Positions 21,176 to 29,987 of a DNA stretch of 46,348 nucleotides are shown here, piece by piece (position 1 is the stretch's first letter; every line of letters begins with the position of its first letter). Under the pieces are notes generated by a model. It was given only the letters and a program-made list of their open reading frames with translations, did not search any database and had not been told where the DNA came from. The position numbers and the translations under genes were made by a program. Origin of the DNA: a virus. The stretch lies in IMG/VR virus record IMGVR_UViG_3300010362_000004, positions 1-46,348 of that record; one strand, 5' to 3'.

Positions 21176-23238
21176 GGCTGATTCGGCGGGAGCGTAATCG
21201 GCCCCAGCTGCTCCCGTAGCGCCCGGTCATCTCCGGGCCGCACGAGGCTCTGGCCGAGATACTGCCGCACAAGCGCTTGCCGCACGGTGTCTGGATCGAC
21301 GGTGCCGAGCCGGCCGAGTAGCGCACGCCCGGGACCGCTGTATGCTAGCCGCGCCACCACTTCGGGCGCCACGTAGGAGCCGGCGACGCCACCGAGCACG
21401 CCGCCCATCATCGGGCTAGCTCCTAGCTGCGGACCGAGCACCGCCCCACCACCTGCGGCCACACCGCCAGGAATCAGTGATCGGACTGCGCGGGCCACCT
21501 CGACGCCGCGGGCAGTGCCGGACGGATTGCCAGCCATCTGCTCGGCTGTCCCGAGTGCCGGAGTGAACTCGTTAAACTCGCGGAGCCAGCTGGCTGTCTG
21601 GCCTTCGGGGAACATCTCTTCCAGCTGGCCGCTCTGGATGTAGGGCCGCATCTTCGCGCGGAATTGGGCGGGCGATAGCTGCTCGCGGCCCCCGACGCCG
21701 CCGCGAGGGGCGGTCGATTCCACATGCTGCTTGTCGAGCCAGGCATTCGCCGCAGCATCAAAGGTCTCGCGGGGTAGCACCTCGCGGAGAAAGCGGGTGC
21801 GGTCCGGCTTCCCGGGCTGAAACAGACTCGACACAACGTCGGCACCTGAGCCCGTCTGGCTCTGCCGGAGCAGCGGATTCAGGCGGTCCCGAATCCGGTC
21901 CTTCATCTCGCCATAGGCGCGGTCAATCGTGCGGCGGTATTGTGCAACGTCAGGATGGTTAGCTAGGTGAGCTTCCATGTCCTGTGCGAGCGCGCGGTGG
22001 AGCGTTTCCAGCTGCGCGTTGCCCACCTCTCCCGGCTGCGCCCCCTTGCCGCCATAGGCTTTCTCGCCCAGCTGGGCCAGATAGCGGCGGGCATCGGCCC
22101 AATCCAGGTCTCTGACGTCACGGATCGCCGGCAGCGTGATCGGCTGCCCGGTCGGCCCGTAGAGCACCGTCCCTGGCGCCACCTCTTCAGTATGCGTGCC
22201 GGCCACGCGCCGGGCGGGTGCTGGCACGCCGAATGGGGAGCGCTCTTCCTCCCCGATGATGTCCTGAGCAGCCCTAGCAAAATTGGTCGGTCTGAATGTG
22301 CGGTCATTCCCGAGCATGTCCCGCTCGGCGCCGTATGCCTGGTCAGCCGCTCTGCTGAATGCCCGCTTTACGTGGTCGATATCCCGCCCGATGTTCTGCC
22401 CGATATCGGCCGCCTGGCCTGCCGTGCCTCGCGCCCCGATGCGATCGAGCGCGCGATTCAAGGATGCTTCCGTCTGCTGCATCTGCCGCACGCGGAAGTC
22501 GAGCACATGGCGAGCGCCCGTCAGCTGCGACATGGGATACTGCTCGATGCCAGCCGCCGTCCGACTGCCCGAGATATCCGCACCAGATAGCGGGATGTTC
22601 TCCCGGGCCGCGAAGCTCTGCAGCCGTTCCCGCTCGGCTGGGGTCCGCAATGAGGGTGCCACTTCCCGCTGGCGTGAGATACCCGCTTCCGTGGCAACGC
22701 CGCCGGCACCACCGGCAAGGATATCCTCCCCGGTCCGGACCGCCTGGCCACCGAGCGTCTTCGGAGATTCGCCGGTCACTAGGTCCCAGAGGCCGCCCGT
22801 GGCACCACTGGCGAGTCCGCTTGCGAGTAGCCGAGCCGGGAGCGCTGCGGCGCGCACGGGCGGATACATCTGCGCCGCCGTACTGGCGAGCGTCGTTGCC
22901 ACCTGGCGCGGCGTGCCCGGCGCTCCCGTCACGATATCGTAGAGCGCACCGCCGCCCCCGGCACCCATGCTGACACCCGTGGCGATACCGGCTGGATTCA
23001 AGGTCAGCAGTCCCGGCACCGCGCCAGCTGCGCCTCCGATGATCTGGGCTGTCTGGCGGGCCGACGGCTTCATCTGCACGCCACTCGCCCGCGTCGCCTC
23101 TGCCACCTGGCCGGGTGACGCCATGCCTGGCTGCGGCGCCTGCCCGCGGTACGCCGCGACTGCTTGGCGCTTCACATCGTCTGGCACATTCGGATCAGCC
23201 AGGAAATTCTGCAGTCGTGTTTCGGTATCAGTGGCCAT
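21172..23238 (-). CDS. Internal virion / ejection protein candidate (688 aa)
   Basis: Last gene of the late operon. The N-terminal third is Gly/Ala-rich with glycine-zipper-like segments. Large size follows other internal proteins. Confidence 0.6.
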   Translation of the reverse strand: MATDTETRLQNFLADPNVPDDVKRQAVAAYRGQAPQPGMASPGQVAEATRASGVQMKPSARQTAQIIGGAAGAVPGLLTLNPAGIATGVSMGAGGGGALYDIVTGAPGTPRQVATTLASTAAQMYPPVRAAALPARLLASGLASGATGGLWDLVTGESPKTLGGQAVRTGEDILAGGAGGVATEAGISRQREVAPSLRTPAERERLQSFAARENIPLSGADISGSRTAAGIEQYPMSQLTGARHVLDFRVRQMQQTEASLNRALDRIGARGTAGQAADIGQNIGRDIDHVKRAFSRAADQAYGAERDMLGNDRTFRPTNFARAAQDIIGEEERSPFGVPAPARRVAGTHTEEVAPGTVLYGPTGQPITLPAIRDVRDLDWADARRYLAQLGEKAYGGKGAQPGEVGNAQLETLHRALAQDMEAHLANHPDVAQYRRTIDRAYGEMKDRIRDRLNPLLRQSQTGSGADVVSSLFQPGKPDRTRFLREVLPRETFDAAANAWLDKQHVESTAPRGGVGGREQLSPAQFRAKMRPYIQSGQLEEMFPEGQTASWLREFNEFTPALGTAEQMAGNPSGTARGVEVARAVRSLIPGGVAAGGGAVLGPQLGASPMMGGVLGGVAGSYVAPEVVARLAYSGPGRALLGRLGTVDPDTVRQALVRQYLGQSLVRPGDDRALREQLGPITLPPNQP

Positions 23239-25666
23239 ACTGCGTCATCAGCTTGTCTAGATCGCCGCCTGGGCTCGGCGCCGCTGGCGCACCTGGGGCA
23301 CCCGGCGGTCCGCCCGACAATCCCTGCGATTGCCACCAGCGCGGATCATCGCTCAGCCGCGGCGGCGGTGTGCCGCCCGTGCCGGCGACGTTGCCCGCGG
23401 ACGTCTCGCCGTAGCGGATCGCATCGCCCTTCAGCACATTCTGCATCTCCTGCAATCGGCGCCGGCCGAATACGACCTTGTTGACCGCGCTCTCCATCGT
23501 GTCGACACCGGCCTGCGGGATGTAGGCGAGAATCTGCACCGCTTGCTCACGCTCGGATGCGTTCGAGGAATCGCCCGCTGCCTTGACGAACGTCGCCATT
23601 TCACCGATCGCCTGATTGAGCAGTGACGCCGCCTCTGCCGCCCCGGGACCACCAGCCATGCCGAGTCGCTGCGCTTCCACCATGCCGGTCCCCAGAAACG
23701 GCATGCGCGCGAGAATCGGATTCCTGCTCAGGGCGTCGACCGGCCGCAGCGCGGTCCCGGGGCGCTCCGGATTCTGCGCGTAGAGCGGATTGCCATTCTG
23801 GTCGACCTTCTGTTTCGCCGTGTATGGATCGATGACGGGTGTTGGTTGCACGAGCCGCTCCAGCGCCATGTCCGCGAGCTTTGCCCGTGCCAGCTGCCCG
23901 CGCAGACTCGGGTCGCCATGGTAGCGGCGCAGCCGTTCCATGATCCGGTCAGACTGCTCCGGCGTGTAGGGCCCGCGTGGTGGGAGCCCTTCCGAGTACG
24001 CGGCCAGATCGAAGAAGTCCATCTTCTGCCCGCGCATCTTCTCCCAGCGGATCATGTCGGCAACCTTGTTCGCTTGTCCGACGTCCTGCGTATCCGGCGC
24101 GATATTCAGCCGCGTGGCCGCATCGTTCCAGTCCGGCGTATGCTTCAGCTGGTCATAGGTATAGTCGACACCGGCGATATTCACCTTCACCTGTCCGAGC
24201 GGCATGCCTGCCTGTTGCCCGGGAATCCCGCCGCCGGGGCTCGGAGGCTGTGGTGGCGCTCCCGGCTCTGGCTGCGGTGGCGTCATCGGTGCGGCCGTCG
24301 GCCGGGGCTGCGGCGGCGCAGGCAGCTGCGCTCCGGCACCAGCACCGACCGCGGACCCTGGCACCGTCGAGCCGCCTGCAGCCCGATTCTGCTCCTCGCT
24401 CGGAGCCGGCGACGGGAATGCCACGTTGCGGCTCTCCTGGCCGGTATCCGCTTGTGCCAGTTGCATCGTCGGCTGCAGCTTCTCTTCGCCGGGCCCCAGC
24501 GCCGCATACTTGTCCGCCATCGCCCGGCGGGTCGCTGCCGTCGCAGCGGGATTCAATGGCCGCTCCACGAACGCATTGAAGCGGTGCGCGATATCGCCAG
24601 CCGTGCCACCACCACGGAATGCTTTGTCGTAGGCGACACTTTCATTGCTGCCGCCGTAGTCGGCTGACTTCCCCTTCCGCTCCAGATCGATGTAGTCCAT
24701 CTGGACCTCAGGGTCGTGCCAGTCCCGCCCGCCACTCTGGGCAGCGTAGTTAATGAGGCCGCGGAGCCGCGGGCCGTTCCACTGCATGAGCCCGTGGCTA
24801 TTCTCCCCCGGGGCAGTCGATTTGATCCCCGGATTGAATCGACTCTCGACGTGCACGTTGCCCGCCGCGCCGGCCGCCTCATTGAGCGTCCAGCCGCGTT
24901 TCATCATGCCGCGGACGAAGCCCTGCGGAGACATGCCGCCGGGCCCCAGATTCGGCGCCCCTGAGACGTTGCCCGTATCGCCGCCGCTCGACAGATCGAC
25001 GCCAGCCAGATCAGATGGCAGGGGCAACGGCGGCTGGCCGTTCAGCTGCCGACGCTTGTTCTCATCCTGCCATTCCTTGATCCGCTGCTGGACGTCACCG
25101 CGGGCACCGGACGTGATCGCCGCGCCGAGTCCCTGCATCTCCAGTGTGCGCTTGCGGATGAACTGATACCACTCAGGCGAGCGCTGAGTCATGCCTGCAT
25201 CGGTGGCTTCCTGCACCGCCAGCTGGAAAGGCGTCTTGGGTCCGCCGGCACCGCCGTATGCTTCGTCATACTGCCCGAGCCGGATAAGCGCCTTCTTCCG
25301 CGGGTCCGTTTCCATCCCGGCCAGCTGTTCGCGCTGGCCGCGCTGGAACGCGCCGAATTCTTCCGTTGGCGTCACCCGCGGCGGTGCAATCGGAGCGCCC
25401 AGCATGGCCGACATGACCGCACCCGTCTTGCCAACACCCGAGAGAATCTTGCCGGCGAGTCCTGTGCCACCGACCGGTGTCGGCCGATCTTCGCCCGGGG
25501 CGAAGATGTTGATTCTTTCCTCGGGCGTGCCCGCCTCACGGAACATCTCCCGCACGGCGGCTTGCTCGACACGCTGGTTATAGAGCGTCTCGGGCAGAGC
25601 CATGAGATTTGCCAGCAGCCCCGCGCCGGCCAGATCACCCCCACCACCTGCGAGCCGAAACGGCAT
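23228..25666 (-). CDS. Internal virion protein with a lysozyme-like domain (812 aa)
   Basis: Domain at aa ~246-390 (nt ~24497-24931): GNVHVESRFNP...GLMQWNGPR. It is followed by a Pro-rich linker. Confidence 0.7.
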   Translation of the reverse strand: MPFRLAGGGGDLAGAGLLANLMALPETLYNQRVEQAAVREMFREAGTPEERINIFAPGEDRPTPVGGTGLAGKILSGVGKTGAVMSAMLGAPIAPPRVTPTEEFGAFQRGQREQLAGMETDPRKKALIRLGQYDEAYGGAGGPKTPFQLAVQEATDAGMTQRSPEWYQFIRKRTLEMQGLGAAITSGARGDVQQRIKEWQDENKRRQLNGQPPLPLPSDLAGVDLSSGGDTGNVSGAPNLGPGGMSPQGFVRGMMKRGWTLNEAAGAAGNVHVESRFNPGIKSTAPGENSHGLMQWNGPRLRGLINYAAQSGGRDWHDPEVQMDYIDLERKGKSADYGGSNESVAYDKAFRGGGTAGDIAHRFNAFVERPLNPAATAATRRAMADKYAALGPGEEKLQPTMQLAQADTGQESRNVAFPSPAPSEEQNRAAGGSTVPGSAVGAGAGAQLPAPPQPRPTAAPMTPPQPEPGAPPQPPSPGGGIPGQQAGMPLGQVKVNIAGVDYTYDQLKHTPDWNDAATRLNIAPDTQDVGQANKVADMIRWEKMRGQKMDFFDLAAYSEGLPPRGPYTPEQSDRIMERLRRYHGDPSLRGQLARAKLADMALERLVQPTPVIDPYTAKQKVDQNGNPLYAQNPERPGTALRPVDALSRNPILARMPFLGTGMVEAQRLGMAGGPGAAEAASLLNQAIGEMATFVKAAGDSSNASEREQAVQILAYIPQAGVDTMESAVNKVVFGRRRLQEMQNVLKGDAIRYGETSAGNVAGTGGTPPPRLSDDPRWWQSQGLSGGPPGAPGAPAAPSPGGDLDKLMTQYGH

Positions 25667-26509
25667 CTACATCCCAAGGAAGCCGGATTGCGTCTGTTGC
25701 TGCTGCGACGTCTGCGACGTGCCGGAGCCACGGGTGTAGAGCCCGAGAATCGTGGCCAGCAGATTCGCATTCGGAATGCTCTGCTCCATGGCACCGATCT
25801 GGCCAATCACGTTGCCGAGATTGCCCAGCTGATTCGTCGCCTGCAACTGATTCTGTTGCGCGAGCAGATTCTGCTGCCCGGCCCCGAGAAACGCCTGCAG
25901 CGCCGTGGATAGGTCCTGCGCCCGCGCACCGATCCCGCGCTCGGCCAGCACGTCCCCGAGCTTCGTCCCAACGTCGGCTACGGCTTGTCCTTCGGATAGC
26001 GCCTCGCGCGCCGAATTCCCGAAACCCGAACCGGCATACCGTGCGCGCACACCTGCCAGCTGCTCGGCCACCTGGCGATCGGCCAAGTCCTTTGCCGTCT
26101 GCAGCGGATTGCCGCCGTACCAGGATTGCAGTCCGAACGGCTGTCCCTGACCATACTGCGATTCGAGGCCACCCTGAAATGTCGCCGTCTGCGGAGGAGC
26201 AGCGGGGGCCGCCGGGGCAGCCGGAGCAGGGGCCGGAGCCGCCGCGGCCGGCGGCGGCGCAGAGGGCTTCGTCGATCCCGTCGCCGGATTGCCAGTCGGT
26301 GCCGGCGCTCCCGGGGTCGCTGGCGGCGGCCCAATCACTTGCGCCGCGCGACCGTGCCGCCCCGGTTGCCGTGGCTGTGCGGGCTGCCCCGGCCGCGCCG
26401 GCTGCGCGCGACGAGCCGGCTGGGCCGGCACACGGGGCGTATAGCTCAGCTGCCCACGAGCCGCAGCTTCGTTATACGCACGGACCTGCGCTGGTGTGAG
26501 ATTCGGCAT
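25667..26509 (-). CDS. Pro/Ala/Gln-rich internal virion protein candidate (280 aa)
   Basis: Late-operon position and low-complexity composition. Confidence 0.6.
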   Translation of the reverse strand: MPNLTPAQVRAYNEAAARGQLSYTPRVPAQPARRAQPARPGQPAQPRQPGRHGRAAQVIGPPPATPGAPAPTGNPATGSTKPSAPPPAAAAPAPAPAAPAAPAAPPQTATFQGGLESQYGQGQPFGLQSWYGGNPLQTAKDLADRQVAEQLAGVRARYAGSGFGNSAREALSEGQAVADVGTKLGDVLAERGIGARAQDLSTALQAFLGAGQQNLLAQQNQLQATNQLGNLGNVIGQIGAMEQSIPNANLLATILGLYTRGSGTSQTSQQQQTQSGFLGM

Positions 26510-26512
26510 GGC

Positions 26513-27205
26513 TCACCCCTGCATGTTGAACGCCTGCATGATCGCGAGGCGCTGCGCATTCGGGTCCAACTGCGGCACCGCCGGCTGGTCTAGCTGCAAC
26601 GACGATCGGAGTGGTGCTGGCCGCGACAGCGGCTTGTTCAGCCCGAGCATATCCAGCTGGTTCATCATGTTCCCGATCGGTTTGAACAGATCGTCGGAAC
26701 TGGACGTCCCCTTCTGCAGATACTGCCCGAGCTTCGACCAGACACTCGGACCGCCCGCCTCTGCAGCAGGAATCGTCGGCGCAGTGGAGAGGCCGCCCGG
26801 CGTCACGCCGGCCCCGGAGGGTGCCATGCCGGAAAAGCCAGCTGTCTCTCCAGCCGCGCCGGCTGGCGCCGCACCCGAGAAACCGCCCGCGGCTTCTGGG
26901 GCTAGGCTGGCCGCGTAGGTTGGCGCCCCACTCGCGAGTGCATTGGCTGCCGCCGCGGGTGCTGCAGCTGCTGGCGCCGCACCGGCTGCACTGAGCGCAG
27001 CACCCGTGCCAGCGGCCGTCGCTGCCGCGGGGGCAGCACCAGCGGCCGTCGCGGCACCAGCTGCGCCCGCAGCAGCGGCCGGGGCTGCTGCTGCCCCGGC
27101 GGCCCCAGCCGCTGCCGGCGCCGCGGCGGCCAGCGCAGGGGCGGCTGCGGCAGCCCCACCTGCTGCACTTCCTCCGATTCCAGCCAACGCTGCGAGCCAC
27201 GGCAT
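26513..27205 (-). CDS. Extremely Ala/Gly-rich virion protein candidate (230 aa)
   Basis: SD GAGGTGA. About 160 aa of A/G/P low complexity are followed by a normal C-terminal ~70 aa. Confidence 0.55.
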   Translation of the reverse strand: MPWLAALAGIGGSAAGGAAAAAPALAAAAPAAAGAAGAAAAPAAAAGAAGAATAAGAAPAAATAAGTGAALSAAGAAPAAAAPAAAANALASGAPTYAASLAPEAAGGFSGAAPAGAAGETAGFSGMAPSGAGVTPGGLSTAPTIPAAEAGGPSVWSKLGQYLQKGTSSSDDLFKPIGNMMNQLDMLGLNKPLSRPAPLRSSLQLDQPAVPQLDPNAQRLAIMQAFNMQG

Positions 27206-27220
27206 CGTGTCACCTCAGTA

Positions 27221-27835
27221 TTACGTGTTGTTGAGATAGCTCGGGCCCTTCATGGCATTGAGTCGTGCCTGCACGTTCTTGAGCTTCGCTTGCGCCTGCT
27301 CGGAGGGCTTCCCTTGCGCGGTCCGCGTGCTGATGCGTTGCTGCAGTTTTTGCGCCTTCTTGAACTGCGCCTGCGTTTCCTTTCCGCCGCCTGGCCGGAT
27401 CGGCGCGAGGCCGATATCAGCCACTTGCTCGGCGGTCGGCATGAACGTGAAGTAACTCTTCCGCTCCGGTAGCCCCAGCTGCTCCCGCGTCTGCAGGCCC
27501 TGCTGGTTCGCTCCGGGGAGCCACGATGGTGCTCCCGCTCCCCCCGCTCCCGCTGCGCCCGCATACGTCGGCGGCGGTGCCGTCATCCGGCCGATCAGGC
27601 TCCCCGTGTTCTGCATCTGCGGCATCAGCTGCTGCAGCGCCGATATCGCCTGCTGGGTCGGCACCGGAATCGCTGTTTCCGGCGGGCGCACCATCTGCCC
27701 CACGATCCCCCGCTGCAGAAGGTCGAACATCTGCTGCGTCTGCGCTGATGGCGCCCGTACCTGCTGGGTCGCCTCTTTGCCCTTCTGCGTCGTCTGTTCC
27801 GACTTCCCGACCAACAGGTCCGATAGCAGTGACAT
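27221..27835 (-). CDS. Gln-rich virion protein candidate (204 aa)
   Basis: SD GAGGTG lies 5 nt upstream of the ATG. Protein-like composition. Confidence 0.65.
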   Translation of the reverse strand: MSLLSDLLVGKSEQTTQKGKEATQQVRAPSAQTQQMFDLLQRGIVGQMVRPPETAIPVPTQQAISALQQLMPQMQNTGSLIGRMTAPPPTYAGAAGAGGAGAPSWLPGANQQGLQTREQLGLPERKSYFTFMPTAEQVADIGLAPIRPGGGKETQAQFKKAQKLQQRISTRTAQGKPSEQAQAKLKNVQARLNAMKGPSYLNNT

Positions 27836-28298
27836 GCTGCACCTCGTCTAGCCGTTTCTCATACACGACGGTGGCCATCTGATAGCCGTAGCGGCGCATC
27901 AGCCGTGTGAAGGACGTCTGCAGGAACGCGCGGCCAAGATAGGCTGCCTGACACCCGCGCTCGCGGAAGAATGCTTCCGCCGCCTCGATCATCTTCCGTG
28001 ACACCTGGCAGCGTGGCGCTGCCCAGGCCCAGGTAATGCAGCCATTCCGCTTCTTGCCGTCGATGTAGACCTTGCCCGCCAGCCATGCCATCAACACGCC
28101 ATCCTCGATCGCGAGCCAGAGCTTCGCATGCGGCGCAGTCTCGACGTGCTCGACTAGCTCATCCCAGATTTGCTCGGGCGTCCGCTTGTCCTGGCCATGC
28201 TCCCGCGCACCGATCAGAATCGCGGCGATCCCGTCGGCTAGCTCGTCGGCGTAGAGCATCAGCTGGTCGACATTCTGGACGGCGTAGATGCGCTGCAT
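27417..28298 (-). CDS. GNAT-like acetyltransferase-fold protein (fold ends near 27836; the frame stays open to 27417)
   Basis: LWLAIEDGVLMAWLAG...ITWAWAAP...KMIEAAEAFFRERGCQAAYL...RRYGYQMATVVYEKRL has GNAT-like topology. The distal 140 aa are low complexity and overlap the next gene. Confidence 0.45.
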   Translation of the reverse strand: MQRIYAVQNVDQLMLYADELADGIAAILIGAREHGQDKRTPEQIWDELVEHVETAPHAKLWLAIEDGVLMAWLAGKVYIDGKKRNGCITWAWAAPRCQVSRKMIEAAEAFFRERGCQAAYLGRAFLQTSFTRLMRRYGYQMATVVYEKRLDEVQHVTAIGPVGREVGTDDAEGQRGDPAGTGAISADAADVRPSAAGDRGADGAPAGNSDSGADPAGDIGAAAADAADAEHGEPDRPDDGTAADVCGRSGSGGSGSTIVAPRSEPAGPADAGAAGATGAEELLHVHADRRASG

Positions 28299-28300
28299 CG

Positions 28301-28948
28301 TCAGCGGCCCCGTACTTCCTGCTTGGCACCGATGCGGAAGCCTTCATCCCGCTTCGCCGCTGATGCCACAAGATCGGTGTAGACCTGGCCGACCGCGTTC
28401 GCCAGGTCCATCTCGTGCAGATAGAGATAGCACGTCTGCAGCGCGCCCCAGAGCACTGCGCGAGGATGGTAGAGCAGAAATCCCGTCTCATCATTCGGAC
28501 TGAGGGGCATCGGCACGTCACAGTAGTAGTCGATCTGCACGTTGATCGGATCGCTGCCATCCGGCACGACGTACAGATTCATGGCCCAAATGTAGTAGCT
28601 TGAGCCCGCAGGCGACGGTTTCGGGTAGCTCTCATTGCCACTCTGCCGCACGTCTTCCGCCGCCACCGCACGCCGACCACCTTCCACGAGCGCCATCGGC
28701 ACCAGGCCGCCATCGTCCATCTGCTGATAGACCGCGGCTTCCACGACGAAATCCGCCGGCAGCGCCACGGGCGTACTCGGCGGCGCGGGCAGCACCACGC
28801 TCTTGTGCTGGAAACGCCAGTCTGCAGCCTGCTGCATGCGCTCGATCGCGGTCCAGATGAACTCATCGATCTGCGCATCGGACAGATGCGCCATCGGCAG
28901 AATGACGGTGTGCTGCCGAATCTGCGTCCGCAGCTGCTGCAGCGTCAT
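28301..28948 (-). CDS. Head-tail adaptor / head completion protein candidate (215 aa)
   Basis: Called by position after the head genes. No motif recognised. Confidence 0.4.
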   Translation of the reverse strand: MTLQQLRTQIRQHTVILPMAHLSDAQIDEFIWTAIERMQQAADWRFQHKSVVLPAPPSTPVALPADFVVEAAVYQQMDDGGLVPMALVEGGRRAVAAEDVRQSGNESYPKPSPAGSSYYIWAMNLYVVPDGSDPINVQIDYYCDVPMPLSPNDETGFLLYHPRAVLWGALQTCYLYLHEMDLANAVGQVYTDLVASAAKRDEGFRIGAKQEVRGR

Positions 28949-29067
28949 GCCGCCGCTCCGGGGAGGCCGGGGAGGCTCATGGTTTTACCCCACCCCGCAG
29001 GATCACCCGTCCCATGAGCCTGACCCGACTCCCGGTCGCGCCCCATGCTGGCGCGGTACGGGCGTGC

Positions 29068-29253
29068 TTATGTGCGCGAGGAGCTTCCGCCCCCACGCAA
29101 CGGCTTGTTCCGGCTCGCCTCGATCTTCGGGCCACCGCCGCGATTCTTCCCCACGTCATCGGCGTTGCCCTGCGCACGCTTGTCCTGATTGGCCTGCGCA
29201 CCCTGAACCTTCGGCGGCAGGGAGCCCATGCCGGTGCCATCTGTCTTTGGCAT
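29068..29253 (-). CDS. Small Gly-rich basic protein (61 aa)
   Basis: TGATG overlap with the upstream gene. Confidence 0.45.
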   Translation of the reverse strand: MPKTDGTGMGSLPPKVQGAQANQDKRAQGNADDVGKNRGGGPKIEASRNKPLRGGGSSSRT

Positions 29254-29447
29254 CAGTACCCTCCCCCTTTCGGCGGATTGCCGCTCATCAGTTTCGATTT
29301 GAGGCCGCCCTTCATGCCACCTTTGACGGCACCCTTGAACGGCGGCGGCGTCCCACGCTTCGCCTGCTTGGTCATGGTGCTACCTGTGCCCATCGAGCCA
29401 CCGCTCGCGAGATTCCCGAGACTCCGACCGCCGCGTGCTTTGCTCAT
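29253..29447 (-). CDS. Small Gly/Lys-rich basic protein (64 aa)
   Basis: Internal ATG, 2 nt after the upstream stop (TGAGATG). Confidence 0.5.
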   Translation of the reverse strand: MSKARGGRSLGNLASGGSMGTGSTMTKQAKRGTPPPFKGAVKGGMKGGLKSKLMSGNPPKGGGY

Positions 29448-29448
29448 C

Positions 29449-29793
29449 TCAGCCCCCAATGATGGTGACACTCACGTAGTCGTTCGCGGCGATATCGCCC
29501 TGCACGATTTCCACGAGCGCACCCGCTGAGCCTTTGAAGGCACGCAGGCGATTCGTGTCCGGATCGAAGATCAACGCAAAGGGCTTGATCGTCCCATTGG
29601 CGAGCTTCCAGCAGCCGCCGAGTGCATCGACGATCGTTCCCATTGTCAGCGGACGCAGGTCCAGCCCCTCACTGCCGGCCGTCACGCTATAGTCCGTGCC
29701 GGCGCCGACATTGACCTGAATGGTCATAATCTGCAGCCCCTTGACGAAACGATCGCTGTATCGCTCCTTGGTGCTGAGCAGTGAGAGCGCCAT
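29449..29793 (-). CDS. Beta-rich structural protein candidate, possibly head decoration (114 aa)
   Basis: TGATG overlap start. It lies downstream of the capsid gene. Confidence 0.55.
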   Translation of the reverse strand: MALSLLSTKERYSDRFVKGLQIMTIQVNVGAGTDYSVTAGSEGLDLRPLTMGTIVDALGGCWKLANGTIKPFALIFDPDTNRLRAFKGSAGALVEIVQGDIAANDYVSVTIIGG

Positions 29794-29987
29794 CAGCGTG
29801 CCCCCCATCGCGGCATGCCACGTTGGCGGGTCTCCATGCTCGGCGGCGGCATGTCCTTCGCCCGCTTTGACGCCTGCTTCTCCTTGGTCGTCTTCGGTAC
29901 CTTGTCCGCCCGCCGCTCGACTGTATCCGCGATGTCCTGCTCTAGCGACGGCCGACGCCGACCGACTCCATAGTCGTCACGGGCCAT
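29793..29987 (-). CDS. Small basic hypothetical protein (64 aa)
   Basis: It overlaps the capsid gene end by 11 nt. Confidence 0.4.
   Translation of the reverse strand: MARDDYGVGRRRPSLEQDIADTVERRADKVPKTTKEKQASKRAKDMPPPSMETRQRGMPRWGAR

Noticed and set aside
26943-27239. 98-aa poly-Ala ORF on the + strand
   Set aside because: It is the mirror image of the Ala/Gly-rich late gene 26513..27205. It has no RBS and runs against the direction of the operon.
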